This document shows positions 7,694-17,955 of a stretch of DNA of 19,865 bases, piece by piece. The notes below the pieces were generated by a model. It made no database searches and had not been told where the DNA came from. It worked only from the letters and a program-made list of their open reading frames with translations. The stretch lies in UHGV virus genome UHGV-1448388; one strand, written 5' to 3'. Numbering within the stretch: position 1 is the first letter of the stretch; every line of letters begins with the position of its first letter. This DNA is from a virus. A program made the position numbers and the translations under genes.

Positions 7694-8386
7694 TTAAAAC
7701 AACGAGCCAAGCAGACCAAGACCAGCACCGATACCAGCACCCCACGGAGTTGATAGCTCGAGAGCACTGGCTATGCCACCACCCAAAAGCGCACCGGATG
7801 CAGCACCACTAACACCCTGCCGCAATGCTGACGGTCGGTTGGCGTTTGCCGCTGCAAGAGCCGCGCTTTGCTGTGAAATCTGACTCATGTTGTTGGCATA
7901 TGTTTGCCCGGCGTTTGCCTGCCCCTGAAGAGCGCCAAGACCGATATTTGCCAGGTTGTTGTAATTGTTCATTTGTCCAGATAGCCATTGCTGACCAAGC
8001 GTTGGTGCGATTGTTGCTAACTGATTACTGGTTGCGGTGGAACCCAATCCACCTGTTGCTTCCGCTGCCGCCAGACTCTGATAGCGAGCCTGACCTGCAA
8101 GGTCTTTATACTGCTGAGAGTTGTAATACTGGTTAAGTGCCTGACCTTGCCCTTCCAGAGACGATAAGTTCTCAAGGCTGCCGACATACTTCCCAGCCAG
8201 AGGAGTAAACAGCTTCAGGTTGTTCATGATGGTGTTGAACTGCTGATTTTGCAGGTCTGCGGCATACTTCTGAGCTTCTGCTGCATACTTTGCGCTTTTA
8301 TCAGAACTGCCACCTTTCCCGCCTTTTTCAGGGTAATAAGGTTCCTCGCCGCGCAGTTTTCTGCCCAGCGTAAATGCATATAACAT
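7694..8386 (-). CDS. DNA ejection protein, P22 gp7-like
   Basis: 230-aa ORF (P22 gp7 is about 229 aa). Gly-rich hydrophobic C-terminus. Position after gp14. Confidence 0.7.
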   Translation of the reverse strand: MLYAFTLGRKLRGEEPYYPEKGGKGGSSDKSAKYAAEAQKYAADLQNQQFNTIMNNLKLFTPLAGKYVGSLENLSSLEGQGQALNQYYNSQQYKDLAGQARYQSLAAAEATGGLGSTATSNQLATIAPTLGQQWLSGQMNNYNNLANIGLGALQGQANAGQTYANNMSQISQQSAALAAANANRPSALRQGVSGAASGALLGGGIASALELSTPWGAGIGAGLGLLGSLF

Positions 8387-8388
8387 GG

Positions 8389-8844
8389 CTATCTCCCGTG
8401 ATTCAGGAAGTCGATTAGTTCTTCGCGTGTGGCGCTGTAAAACGTCACGTCATCCACGCCTTTGAAGTATTTCTTGATGGTTCCTACACGCTTAAGGCCA
8501 ATCATTGCGCAGTACATCTGCCCGTGGCGGAATTTGCGTGCAGCAAATGATGTGACGCACTGAACGGTGGTGTTGGTCAGAATGTATCGCCAGAACGCCA
8601 GCCCTATTTCCTTGCTGAAGCCGCGAATCTCTGGCAGGTACATGGCGTGGCAATCGAATGTAAGCGGCTGAATCTCCTGATAGTAAACAATGCCGCCAAA
8701 CTGACCGTGCACGTTCACCTCAAAGTAACGGCAATCAGGTTTGTAGTCGTATCCATCACCGTTGTTGCTCCCGGCGATGATGTCAGGGTGATTTCCTACT
8801 GCTTCGATCAGGTCGATGTTTCGCGTTGGTTTGAATGTAATCAT
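8389..8844 (-). CDS. P22 gp14-like head assembly / ejection-associated protein
   Basis: 151-aa ORF in the gp14 position; start overlaps the gp26 stop (ATGA). Confidence 0.6.
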   Translation of the reverse strand: MITFKPTRNIDLIEAVGNHPDIIAGSNNGDGYDYKPDCRYFEVNVHGQFGGIVYYQEIQPLTFDCHAMYLPEIRGFSKEIGLAFWRYILTNTTVQCVTSFAARKFRHGQMYCAMIGLKRVGTIKKYFKGVDDVTFYSATREELIDFLNHGR

Positions 8845-9545
8845 CAGTCAATCAGCCCATGTAATCTAAGTGCTGTTTCAAGCGCCAGAATACGCTGCCG
8901 CGCCTGCTCCAAACCTGTAGCGATAGCTGCGACTTCGGATTGTGTGTACGTAGTGCCGACCGTGTATGACTGGTTAGCGTTGAATGAGCCAAGAAGTGGT
9001 GTGCCTGTGGCCGCTGTCCATCCGGTCTGCCTTGCTCCAACGACCTGAATTCCATCAACTGAATATGATGTTTTTACATCCAGCGGTGACGCAAGAGACT
9101 GCGATTCTGTTACGGTTTTCGATACGTAATCACTCTTAATGTCAGATATATCGCTTTCTACGCCATCCAGTCTTTGGTCAACAGTGACCAGATGCGCCTG
9201 AATATCGATAACCTCATCCAGCAAGTAATCAACATCGCTACGCAGTACAACTATCTTCCCTTCGGCGGTTGTTAACCTGACCTCAAGGAGATTTATCGCT
9301 TTTGTGTTTGCGGTGATTCTTGCATCGTGGTCAGCCAGTTCGACATCCTGTTCATCGTTTTTCACCTGAGCATCGTAAGCGCCCTGACCAGCCTGATTTG
9401 CTTTCCCGGCAATTGCGCCGACATCAGCCCCCTGATTAATGACATACAGCAGGTAAGACTGGCTGAATATATTGCGTGGAAGGATTGATGTATCGAGCCG
9501 CGTCGCCTGCACAATAACAGGGGTGTTGAGATTCGAATCAGCCAT
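8844..9545 (-). CDS. Tail needle protein, P22 gp26-like (233 aa)
   Basis: From the internal [80 protein letters not shown]... matches the P22 gp26 N-terminus as I recall it. Start overlaps the gp10 stop (TAATG). The 267-aa ORF-track version is an N-terminal over-extension. Confidence 0.85.
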   Translation of the reverse strand: MADSNLNTPVIVQATRLDTSILPRNIFSQSYLLYVINQGADVGAIAGKANQAGQGAYDAQVKNDEQDVELADHDARITANTKAINLLEVRLTTAEGKIVVLRSDVDYLLDEVIDIQAHLVTVDQRLDGVESDISDIKSDYVSKTVTESQSLASPLDVKTSYSVDGIQVVGARQTGWTAATGTPLLGSFNANQSYTVGTTYTQSEVAAIATGLEQARQRILALETALRLHGLID

Positions 9546-10963
9546 TACTCGATCCTTATCTGGCAGCCAGACAGAGTGACAGGTGACTTCGTGATAACGC
9601 GCAATTTGAAGCCGACATTTTTCCTGATGCGCCCGACTCGCTTCCACAAAACGCGTTTGTCGTAAACAAACGGTTCATTCTGCTCAATCATCTGCTCACG
9701 ACCGTAATTGATGCCGTCAGTGGTTGCAGAGAGAAAAAGGCGGTCGGCGTACTGCGCAACGCCAGTTGAAGATTCAACTTCAAGGTCGAAAACTCTGGCG
9801 TTATCCGCTTTGAACAGAGGAGTAAACAGCAGATGCTCCTGTTGCTTGTCGTACTGGCTGCTGATGTCGAATTGCAATTTCCCGGTCACGGACTCCAGCT
9901 TATCGCCGCACGTTATCTGATTGCCTTCGTAAATGAAGTCGATAGCGCGGTACACATCGTCATACAGACCTGTTTTCAGTACACACCATTGCGGAGCATT
10001 GGCGCTTGAAGATGCGTCGTATACGAGGACATGGCGCGGAAGATGGATAATCAGCAGCTCATGCGCATCAAATCGCAGAGACTCCATCACACCATCAGCC
10101 AGTTCATCAGCAGTGTAGGAGCGAAGAATTTTCTCAATGCTCGCGCTGGCGATTGGTGACACCTGCCCGGAACCGATGATGTATACAGACGGCGCACCTG
10201 TTGCCGGATTGCTGATGAACGCATAGGAATCAGCGAATGGCGTTTTGCAATAGGTTCCGGCGATGCCTTTTTGCACCATCAGTGATGGCTGTGCGACATA
10301 CAAAGCAGCACCAACGGTGGTTGCGCCAGTCAGGGAGAAATATTCAATAGTCGATGAACCAAAGCAGACGATGAAGTCTCGCCATGTCCCGATACCGATG
10401 ATGCCGTCCGGCTGCGATTCTGCGCGATATTGTGCACTGTATCGGTCAGGGTGCGATTCGTCTTCAAGGTCAGTGATAAACCATGAATCAGTTCCGTCTT
10501 TTGACCACGCATAACGCCCACGTAAGCGAGTAATGTCGCGAACTGAACCTAACTCATACTGCGTGAATCCACTGTCTGTAGGCCAGTTTGAGACGGTTTT
10601 AACCGTGCCATCATAACGATACTCGACCAGTTGACCATTAACGCCTACAGCCTGTGATGTTCGACCATGCGCCATTGATACGCGACCACTTCCGGCGACG
10701 TCACCGACTTCGCTTTCTCCTTTGTACAGCTTGCCGCCACACACGCGATAAACAGCACTCTGCGCCATGTTGTACTCGACGCCGCGCGATATACCATTCA
10801 CATCAGAACGTTTGGCAATGCCCGGGAATGAGCGAAGATATCCGCTGCTGTTCAGGATTTCTTTGGGCGTAGCCAACATATTCACTGGCAGATAGTCGAT
10901 ATAGTCGGCGTTTCGAAAGTCTTTGCCGACACCTTTCATAAGCGGAAGTTGCTGAATCGGCAT
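9545..10963 (-). CDS. Tail accessory (hub) protein, P22 gp10-like
   Basis: 472-aa ORF, the same length as P22 gp10, between gp4 and gp26. Confidence 0.8.
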   Translation of the reverse strand: MPIQQLPLMKGVGKDFRNADYIDYLPVNMLATPKEILNSSGYLRSFPGIAKRSDVNGISRGVEYNMAQSAVYRVCGGKLYKGESEVGDVAGSGRVSMAHGRTSQAVGVNGQLVEYRYDGTVKTVSNWPTDSGFTQYELGSVRDITRLRGRYAWSKDGTDSWFITDLEDESHPDRYSAQYRAESQPDGIIGIGTWRDFIVCFGSSTIEYFSLTGATTVGAALYVAQPSLMVQKGIAGTYCKTPFADSYAFISNPATGAPSVYIIGSGQVSPIASASIEKILRSYTADELADGVMESLRFDAHELLIIHLPRHVLVYDASSSANAPQWCVLKTGLYDDVYRAIDFIYEGNQITCGDKLESVTGKLQFDISSQYDKQQEHLLFTPLFKADNARVFDLEVESSTGVAQYADRLFLSATTDGINYGREQMIEQNEPFVYDKRVLWKRVGRIRKNVGFKLRVITKSPVTLSGCQIRIE

Positions 10964-10972
10964 TTATTCACC

Positions 10973-11434
10973 TCACGTACTCGGATCATCTTTCTCGATG
11001 TAAAACCGATTCCACGTAAACGCGCTTTTGTTACCACTACCGCGAGGCATGTCATTTCGCCGCTCAAGTGGTGGTATTTTGGTTAAAGCGATACAGATTG
11101 TCTGATATGCACTGTCAGCAGCGGTAAGGAGAGCGTCTGACGGCTGAATGACGTTATCCATGCACACTTGCACAGCGAGTTTCAAAGCGACGCCATCATT
11201 TGCCCATGCAGGGATACCTGAATCATCGTCAGGTAACGGCATGATGCCGTTTTCTGTATCAGCAAACTGATATCCAAGCTCGATACCTTTAGCCTGCCAT
11301 GCTGCCATCATGTCTTCGAGGTCATTAATGGCATCTTCAATTGCCTGAGGGTCAGCATCTGTCAACGTGGCATTGGAATACAGCCCGGCTTTTCGTAAAG
11401 CCTTTAGAACGAGATCACCCTTCGTTTTCGCCAT
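10973..11434 (-). CDS. Head-to-tail adaptor / tail accessory protein, P22 gp4-like
   Basis: 153-aa ORF immediately downstream of the coat region and upstream of gp10. GGAAG Shine-Dalgarno upstream. Confidence 0.7.
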   Translation of the reverse strand: MAKTKGDLVLKALRKAGLYSNATLTDADPQAIEDAINDLEDMMAAWQAKGIELGYQFADTENGIMPLPDDDSGIPAWANDGVALKLAVQVCMDNVIQPSDALLTAADSAYQTICIALTKIPPLERRNDMPRGSGNKSAFTWNRFYIEKDDPST

Positions 11435-11603
11435 CTTCTTCCGCCTTAGCCACTTTTTGCTTCGTTGCGGTTTCTTCAGGAGTTTTTACCCAACCTTTTT
11501 TCAGGTGAGATTTAACTTCTTCGTCATCAACAATGACGTAATCGACAGCAAACTGACCACAGGTGATCATGTTGCCAGGCTTATAGAGCATTGTTCGTGC
11601 CAT
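11415..11603 (-). CDS. Small hypothetical protein (62 aa) between the coat and gp4 genes
   Basis: ATG at 11603 preceded by a GGGAGAAGA Shine-Dalgarno, lying just downstream of the coat terminator hairpin. The ORF-track version starts at a TTG inside the hairpin and is less plausible. Overlaps the gp4 start by 20 nt. Confidence 0.4.
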   Translation of the reverse strand: MARTMLYKPGNMITCGQFAVDYVIVDDEEVKSHLKKGWVKTPEETATKQKVAKAEEDGENEG

Positions 11604-11614
11604 TGTCTTCTCCC

Positions 11615-11638
11615 AATAAAAATGGGGCCGAAGCCCCA
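11615..11638 (-). terminator. Rho-independent terminator/attenuator immediately downstream of the coat gene
   Basis: Minus strand reads GGGGC-TTCG-GCCCC followed by ATTTTTATT, beginning 8 nt after the coat stop codon. Confidence 0.55.
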
Positions 11639-11644
11639 CCAAAA

Positions 11645-12898
11645 TTACTGCCCGGCAATAACGATGCCCGTATATTCAGGAACAAGTACAGAGCAACCGT
11701 ACAGAGTGGTGAAACGAGCAGTGGTTACGCCTTTGATGTGGTCGAAGGCATAAGACATGATCAGCGTAGCGCCCTGCTCGGTGGTTGCTGTCATTACCTG
11801 TGGACCCTGACCTGTCGGGAATGCCAGTTTGCCGTACATCAGCTCAACAGAACCATCAGCCCAGAAGAGGTTAGCAGGTGCTGCGTTCTTGTTGAGAATG
11901 GTGATTGCTGCTGATTCTGCCGGTTTGGCATCGACGTTTGCATATGGACGACTCGCAACATCAGTATTTTCAACAGGGAGAATCTTTGGAGAAATTGTTA
12001 CGGTAGTTCCGCTAACAGCCAGAACACGGAATACCTGCGGTTGACCGGTGGTATCTTTTGTGATCTGGTGTACGGAATTCACACCGGCAATGGTGAACGC
12101 ATCACCAACCTGCAAGCCAGATGCAGATACCGTAATAGTCCCCTGTCGGTTATCAACTGGCATACCATTTGAATCTTTCGCTTCAACCTTGTGTTCAGGT
12201 TGGCCTGATACTGTCAAGGATTCAGTGCTTCCTTTCGGTAATCGACCAGAAATATCGGTCTTGTAGCTATCGAAGGACGCAACCGGAGGGATTTGCGCTT
12301 TTTCGTATGCTGTCAGGGTTGCGCCCTGAGCATAGGCACGGTGACCAAGCTCGCCAGCAAGGTCTTTGTAGTTGAAGGGGTTCCAGAAAGAGCGACGGTT
12401 GATACCCTGAGGTACACCAATCGCCGTCATGGTGGCATCAATACCTGCCGCACAGTTCCACAAATCACGGCCCTGTGTACCTGCGGTTGAGTCAGCCATC
12501 GTGATCACGTTAGTAGCACGCTGCGTGACCATGGAAATCAGGTCAGAGTCAATCTGTGCAGCAAGGCGCATACCTGCGGCGCGACCAGCTTCAGTTTTAT
12601 GTTCCGGATCACGCATTTCACGCGCATCCAGAGTGTACAGAATGTTTTTCGGCTCCTTGAACACTGAAGGAACAAGGCGCTGAACCAGTGCTGTTGGCGT
12701 TTTGCTGCTGAGGTCGAGGCCTTCCTCAATATTCATGTGGTAATGCTGCGGACGATACAGAACATCACCTGCTCGCTGCATTGCTGTATCACCGGGACGG
12801 AGTTTTTTAGCGTTACGGGAAACTACGCAGGCGGCCTCAAAGCCTTCAACGTAGTTTTCGAACATGATTTCAAGGTCTTTTGCTAATTGGTTAGCCAT
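11645..12898 (-). CDS. Major capsid (coat) protein, P22 gp5-like (HK97 fold)
   Basis: 417-aa ORF. C-terminal segments (YANVD, NLFWADGSVELM, terminal ...GIVIAGQ) parallel P22 coat protein as I recall it. Follows the scaffold gene. Confidence 0.9.
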   Translation of the reverse strand: MANQLAKDLEIMFENYVEGFEAACVVSRNAKKLRPGDTAMQRAGDVLYRPQHYHMNIEEGLDLSSKTPTALVQRLVPSVFKEPKNILYTLDAREMRDPEHKTEAGRAAGMRLAAQIDSDLISMVTQRATNVITMADSTAGTQGRDLWNCAAGIDATMTAIGVPQGINRRSFWNPFNYKDLAGELGHRAYAQGATLTAYEKAQIPPVASFDSYKTDISGRLPKGSTESLTVSGQPEHKVEAKDSNGMPVDNRQGTITVSASGLQVGDAFTIAGVNSVHQITKDTTGQPQVFRVLAVSGTTVTISPKILPVENTDVASRPYANVDAKPAESAAITILNKNAAPANLFWADGSVELMYGKLAFPTGQGPQVMTATTEQGATLIMSYAFDHIKGVTTARFTTLYGCSVLVPEYTGIVIAGQ

Positions 12899-12916
12899 GC
12901 TTAATGCTCCAATAGG

Positions 12917-13810
12917 TTATTTTTTTGCCTTTTTAGCGGCGAAATACGGCGTCCAGTCACCAGTTTCCAGCGCCTTGGCTTTCAATTTGTCGAGGTTGTT
13001 GATTACTGCGCCGTTGCTCCCCTTAACCGTCGGGGTTGTGGCTGCCGTGGTTTTTGCTTTTGGCATGATTCTGGCCTTCGATTCGATACGTTCCAGCAGA
13101 CGACCAATTGCTACGGGGTTGGTAGCTTCTGCCAGTTGCTTGCGCAGTTCAGCGTTGCGACCAAGCGCCAGAACAACGATTTCCGGCTTCTCTGACTCAA
13201 ACAGGATCGCGTTTTGTGTCTCGATGGGGATTTCCTCGAGTACGGCCTGCTCAGCTTCCTGATAGCCAGGAACTTTGAGAGCCTTAACACGTTGCTGATA
13301 TTTGGATAATCGCTCTTGATAGGCAGCCTGAAGCTCCTGCTCCTTCTGCTTGCGAGCCATCTCCTGTTGCTGGTACTTGCCATTATCCTCTGCCCACTTA
13401 GCCATGCGTTGCTGGTAGATTTCTTCATCGAAACCGATGTCCTCATCATCCAGTTTTGGCATTCGCGGTGGTTGAGTGATTACCGGCTGCTGCTCGACGG
13501 GTTTCTGAGACTGACGCATCAGCTCTTTCAGCTCGCGGTCTTTCTCTTTAATCGTCTTGCGCAGGTGTTTTACCAGTCCATGCTCAGCGCCATCTTCGCT
13601 GGTTGGCGAATCCAGCTTTTCGTCACCAAAGTAGAATTCCTGTTCTGATTCGTCGTCATCAGTTTCAGTAGCCTCCTCTGCATCATTGCCTGAGGACTCA
13701 CTGCCATCTTCTGTTTCGACTTTTTCAGCCAGTTCGACATCATCAGGAATCTGCTCTGACGCGTCGGTTTCGATTTCAACTTCTGGTGTGTTTTCTGCCA
13801 TCTGGTCCAT
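12917..13810 (-). CDS. Scaffolding protein, P22 gp8-like
   Basis: 297-aa ORF between portal and coat. Highly acidic N-terminus, helical charged middle region and basic C-terminal tail. Confidence 0.75.
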   Translation of the reverse strand: MDQMAENTPEVEIETDASEQIPDDVELAEKVETEDGSESSGNDAEEATETDDDESEQEFYFGDEKLDSPTSEDGAEHGLVKHLRKTIKEKDRELKELMRQSQKPVEQQPVITQPPRMPKLDDEDIGFDEEIYQQRMAKWAEDNGKYQQQEMARKQKEQELQAAYQERLSKYQQRVKALKVPGYQEAEQAVLEEIPIETQNAILFESEKPEIVVLALGRNAELRKQLAEATNPVAIGRLLERIESKARIMPKAKTTAATTPTVKGSNGAVINNLDKLKAKALETGDWTPYFAAKKAKK

Positions 13811-13900
13811 TTGTTACCCCTGTTTACTCGATGTTCAGCCCATCGGAAGGCAATAGGGTGCCAGGCCTCATAAAGACAGCCATTGCACGTTATGGGTTAA

Positions 13901-16099
13901 TTACTGCTGTGGTTGTTGCTGAGTTGATTTTTGCAGGATGCTGCTGATGTCCATGCGCTGCGCATGGCCCTGTGCCTGACTTTTCAGGACAAGCTCTGCA
14001 TCAGCACGGGCATTGTCTCCTTGCTGTTGCTGGAACTGTCCGAGCAGTTTCAGAGCCTCGCGGATATCAGATTTCTGCTGGCTATCGGCAGATGCGAGGA
14101 TTTTCACAACATTTGCCGCTGCAACCTGAGCATCAGTCTGTGCCTGGAATGCTTTAACCTGAATGGCTGCCTGCTCGTTCTGCGCTTTCTGCAATTCAGC
14201 CTGACCAGCAAGAAGCTGACCTTGCGCAGCAACCATAGCCGGATCTGGCTGACTGGCCTGTTGTTGTTTCGCCTGCTCAACCATCTGCTGTTCTTCTGGC
14301 GTTCTCGGCTTGATAACTCCAGACAGAAGCAACTGATTGCGGTTGTATTCTTTAAGGTCGTCCATCCCTTCGCCGTCCATATTGTCGAGGATCATCGACG
14401 ATACAAGGTCGTGTTTCGGCGTTCCGGGCGGGATAAGTGCCAGCATGGAAAGTAACGACTTAACCGTTGCGTCACGGCGAGTAGCGAACGACTGACCGAC
14501 ATCGACAGTCACTTCATAGTTACCCTGCGAAAGGTCGTTAAGCGCGATAACCTGCCCTGTCTGACGGTCAACCACTTCACCAGTCATCAGCGCCACGTCA
14601 TCGCTGCCGTCCTCATTAACGATACGCATCGGCGTATCGCTGCCATAGACTTCACGAGCCATAGAAAGCCACACAACGCCAGCGCGACGCATGGATTTAG
14701 CCATGTTGTCCATGTAGATATAGGACTGCGTATCCATCCGGTTAAAGATGCTATCAACGGTATCGGTAGCAACGTTGCTCGGCATGTTCTCAAGCTGCGA
14801 CGCACCTGTAATTTGCTGAATAGCCGTTCCGGTGTACTGCAATAGCCCGGCAAGAGCTGGAGGCATTTGTGTCGGAGGCGTATAACTGCTGACCTGAGCC
14901 TGCGCAGTAATATCTCCGTTTTTGTTTTTCAGACTGACCATCGGCAGGAACGCCGGGCGCTTTTTGTTGCGCTCCGCCCAATGAGTAGCGAGAGGACCAG
15001 GAATCATGTCAACATCAACTACAGGAATGCCATCACCGCCAGCCTGAGTAGCGTTATCTGCAATCATGGAAACCATCAGGTTCTCAAGACGCTGTGCATC
15101 CATCGCTTTTGCTGCGTGGCCTTCGATTCGTTCCTGATTATCAACAAATGAGCGACGTCCATATACCGGGATGAGAGGAATATGTTCGCCCGGAATACGC
15201 TTCGGTTCTTCCAGCCATTCAGCGCCAGACAGAAGGCCGCAATAAACGCGGCGTTTCTTCACCGTTCGCTCGCCAATCAGTTCGAATGCACCATCGGTCA
15301 GCTCGTCGACAATATCTTTGATTTGCTCTTCATCATAGATTGCCGTTTCTCCGCTAACAGGGTTGCGCCATGCCGTGAGCTTCACCTTCTCTATGCGAAC
15401 TTCGTAGTAGCGCCCAACATAGATGGCATCTGGCGTTGACCAGTCATATTGAGTGCCAGTCTCATCACGAGAAAGGCCTGCCGCGATGGAATCAGGGTAT
15501 TCAGCCTCGAACGCTTTAGGCGTCATGGAGAACATTTCCATAGCCCACATAGCATCAGAACGGTCATATTGCTTGCTGTCCTGATCGAAGAAGACGCATG
15601 TCGCTGGGTCGTAAACAGGAAGAAGGCTGATGCGTCGCTGCTCGTTACTTGGGTCCATTTCATCTTCGTAATCGGCACACATGCGGAAACAACCGAATCC
15701 GCCCGTTACAGCATCATCAAATGCGTTATCACACGCTTCGCCACCTGATGTTTCCTGATAGTCAGCGCGGAATTTGCCGTTCATCTTTTTGGCTAACGCT
15801 TCCGATGCCTTGTCATCCTTCGGCCTGAATTTAACGCTGATGCGATTCTGTCGATACTCGCCAATGATGCGATCACATTCACGGGCAATCTTATTCAGTT
15901 CAAAGCGCGGGTAATGCTCAAACCTGCCTTCATCAAATGAGTAACCAGCGTTTGTGCTGCCTTCCCACTGTGCGCCGGATACCCGGACGAAACGTTGAGC
16001 CTCAATAATCTGCTCACGCATATCCTGCGTTGCTGACCAGGCATTATCAAAGTTGCACAGCACCTTGCGATGCCAGTCAGTCATCTTTTTTTCTGCCAT
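13901..16099 (-). CDS. Portal protein, P22 gp1-like
   Basis: 732-aa ORF directly downstream of the large terminase. Long Gln/Ala-rich C-terminal helical segment typical of the P22 portal barrel. Confidence 0.9.
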   Translation of the reverse strand: MAEKKMTDWHRKVLCNFDNAWSATQDMREQIIEAQRFVRVSGAQWEGSTNAGYSFDEGRFEHYPRFELNKIARECDRIIGEYRQNRISVKFRPKDDKASEALAKKMNGKFRADYQETSGGEACDNAFDDAVTGGFGCFRMCADYEDEMDPSNEQRRISLLPVYDPATCVFFDQDSKQYDRSDAMWAMEMFSMTPKAFEAEYPDSIAAGLSRDETGTQYDWSTPDAIYVGRYYEVRIEKVKLTAWRNPVSGETAIYDEEQIKDIVDELTDGAFELIGERTVKKRRVYCGLLSGAEWLEEPKRIPGEHIPLIPVYGRRSFVDNQERIEGHAAKAMDAQRLENLMVSMIADNATQAGGDGIPVVDVDMIPGPLATHWAERNKKRPAFLPMVSLKNKNGDITAQAQVSSYTPPTQMPPALAGLLQYTGTAIQQITGASQLENMPSNVATDTVDSIFNRMDTQSYIYMDNMAKSMRRAGVVWLSMAREVYGSDTPMRIVNEDGSDDVALMTGEVVDRQTGQVIALNDLSQGNYEVTVDVGQSFATRRDATVKSLLSMLALIPPGTPKHDLVSSMILDNMDGEGMDDLKEYNRNQLLLSGVIKPRTPEEQQMVEQAKQQQASQPDPAMVAAQGQLLAGQAELQKAQNEQAAIQVKAFQAQTDAQVAAANVVKILASADSQQKSDIREALKLLGQFQQQQGDNARADAELVLKSQAQGHAQRMDISSILQKSTQQQPQQ

Positions 16100-16100
16100 A

Positions 16101-17516
16101 TCAACCTACACCACAAGGAATTGAGTAACTGGAATAGTCGGGTTGCGCAGCCGACTCCGGGCAATGCATACACATCATCAGCGCATCAGCCAGGTTAGGA
16201 GATGGGATACCGAGCTTCTGCTTCATTTCGACCTTAGTCATAAGCTCCAGTTTCCCGTTATTATTGAATTTGCGCTGAATCTGCGTCAGTTCTGCAAACA
16301 GTTTCTCCAGCATCTTCTCGCCTATCGCTTCTTTGTCGAAGCTCAGCATGTCGTCGGGGTCTGCATACTCACCGTGGACAACCGCCCGATATGTCAGATA
16401 CAGCCTGTCAGCCAGCGCGTAATAGAATTGCGCTCGCTTATTGCGGAATACATCGCCAATAGTGCGAACGTTGTCACCCTGTACGACTTCATCAGCCCAT
16501 GCTCCGGCCTGATACGGAGCATCTTCATCGAATGGCGATTCGCTGCCCTTGAACATCGTGGCGGTAATTTTCTTGCCGGAGAATGCTTCCGTTGTCTGTC
16601 TGCGTAGCCCTGCACCGACACCATCGCCATCCCACAGGTAATGGTCAGCGCCGTCTTCAATCGCCAGCGAAGTAGCCCAGTCAGCACCCTCGTTGATGTC
16701 CATCAGCAGACCTTCGGCAATGCGCTTAACTACCGAACCGTGACGCGATGCATAACCTTTAGCATCTGGCCCTGTATCTGATGGGTCATGCGCAGAGACA
16801 ACAGCGCCTTTCGCTTTCCATCCGAGTTTCTTGTGCGCATCGGTTGCGGCTTCAAGCCATTCACGTTTGATGATTGCCATATCACTTGCGCTTACTGGCT
16901 CACCAAGCCAGATGTGACGATACAGTGTCGGGTTTCTGCGTTTACACTCTTCCATCTCCAGACGGAGAACTTCAGGAAAGTGCGGGTTGTCGGTGTAGTT
17001 CACCGTCAGCAGACAAATATCATCGGGAGGGTTTACTACGAATCGCTGATAGGTATCGTCGAGGATGTTTTTCGGGTTGAAGCTCACCCATATTTCGGAA
17101 AATGGCTTGCGGATGGTTGGTATCAGGATATCCCATGATTCCTTCGTTACCGCTTCCGCTTCCTCCACCCAGCAGATATCAATGCCTTCGAGCGATTTAA
17201 TCTTCGTCGGGTTGTTTTTGATGCCGTAGAACATGAACTCAGCATTCGTCCCGAGATGACGAATCATGGAACGCTGAATTTCAAACTCAGCCGTATACCC
17301 TTCACGCTCTATGGTGTCTTCAAGCAGCCGGATTACCGAATCGCTGATACTGTTTTGCAGTTCACGAGCGCAGAGAATACGCACTGGCTGCCGACGCGCC
17401 GCTTCAACAAGCAGTCTCGCAATTGCCCATGATTTACCGCTACCTCGACCGCCTTTGGCGACTTTGTAGCGATGCGCCTCAATGAACGGTTCAAAGATAG
17501 GATTAATCGAGGTCAT
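16101..17516 (-). CDS. terL: Terminase large subunit
   Basis: 471-aa ORF with a Walker A-like KGGRGSGKS motif near the N-terminus. Start overlaps the terS stop (ATGA). Confidence 0.9.
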   Translation of the reverse strand: MTSINPIFEPFIEAHRYKVAKGGRGSGKSWAIARLLVEAARRQPVRILCARELQNSISDSVIRLLEDTIEREGYTAEFEIQRSMIRHLGTNAEFMFYGIKNNPTKIKSLEGIDICWVEEAEAVTKESWDILIPTIRKPFSEIWVSFNPKNILDDTYQRFVVNPPDDICLLTVNYTDNPHFPEVLRLEMEECKRRNPTLYRHIWLGEPVSASDMAIIKREWLEAATDAHKKLGWKAKGAVVSAHDPSDTGPDAKGYASRHGSVVKRIAEGLLMDINEGADWATSLAIEDGADHYLWDGDGVGAGLRRQTTEAFSGKKITATMFKGSESPFDEDAPYQAGAWADEVVQGDNVRTIGDVFRNKRAQFYYALADRLYLTYRAVVHGEYADPDDMLSFDKEAIGEKMLEKLFAELTQIQRKFNNNGKLELMTKVEMKQKLGIPSPNLADALMMCMHCPESAAQPDYSSYSIPCGVG

Positions 17517-17953
17517 TTTCCGAATAGAGTACTCATCGGTGATGTTTCAATCTGGATTGCGCCGCCGTCTTTGCCTGTTAGCTCGTGATCAACCTTGTCG
17601 CGCCATTTATCCTTCTGTCGGTTCTTAAGCCAGAAGATGGCAGCTGTTGTATCAGGCGGGTAATACTTCTCAAGAGGAGTTTCGACAATTCTGTTTTCAA
17701 TAACACGAATATCGATGTCTGGAGCCACGAAGCCCATAGCGCGTTGATAAAGACGGTCACTAACTTCTGCATCAGCGACGGCCTTACCCTTTTTTATGGA
17801 CTCCGAAAACTCAGGATAATCAAGCTTCCACTTGTTAATAGTTGACTCACTGACTTCGAAGAAATCAGCAAGCTCTGCATCGGTGTAGCCCAGCAAGCAC
17901 AGTTTGCGTGCCTGTTCGGCATACGCCTCTTGATACTTTGTTGGGCGCGCCAT
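17513..17953 (-). CDS. terS: Terminase small subunit
   Basis: 146-aa ORF upstream of and overlapping terL. Helix-turn-helix-like N-terminal region (LGYTDAELADFFEVSESTINKWK) and a C-terminal GKDGGAIQIETSPMSTLFGK tail. GGAG Shine-Dalgarno upstream. Confidence 0.8.
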   Translation of the reverse strand: MARPTKYQEAYAEQARKLCLLGYTDAELADFFEVSESTINKWKLDYPEFSESIKKGKAVADAEVSDRLYQRAMGFVAPDIDIRVIENRIVETPLEKYYPPDTTAAIFWLKNRQKDKWRDKVDHELTGKDGGAIQIETSPMSTLFGK

Positions 17954-17955
17954 GT

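Noticed and set aside
8844-9647. 267-aa version of the tail needle ORF
   Set aside because: The 34-codon N-terminal extension overlaps the end of gp10. The internal ATG at 9545 yields a 233-aa product whose N-terminus matches P22 gp26.
13931-14455. 174-aa plus-strand ORF
   Set aside because: Antisense within the portal gene; a shadow ORF. The same applies to the other plus-strand ORFs inside portal, terminase, coat and scaffold genes (for example 16143-16607 and 12864-13262).
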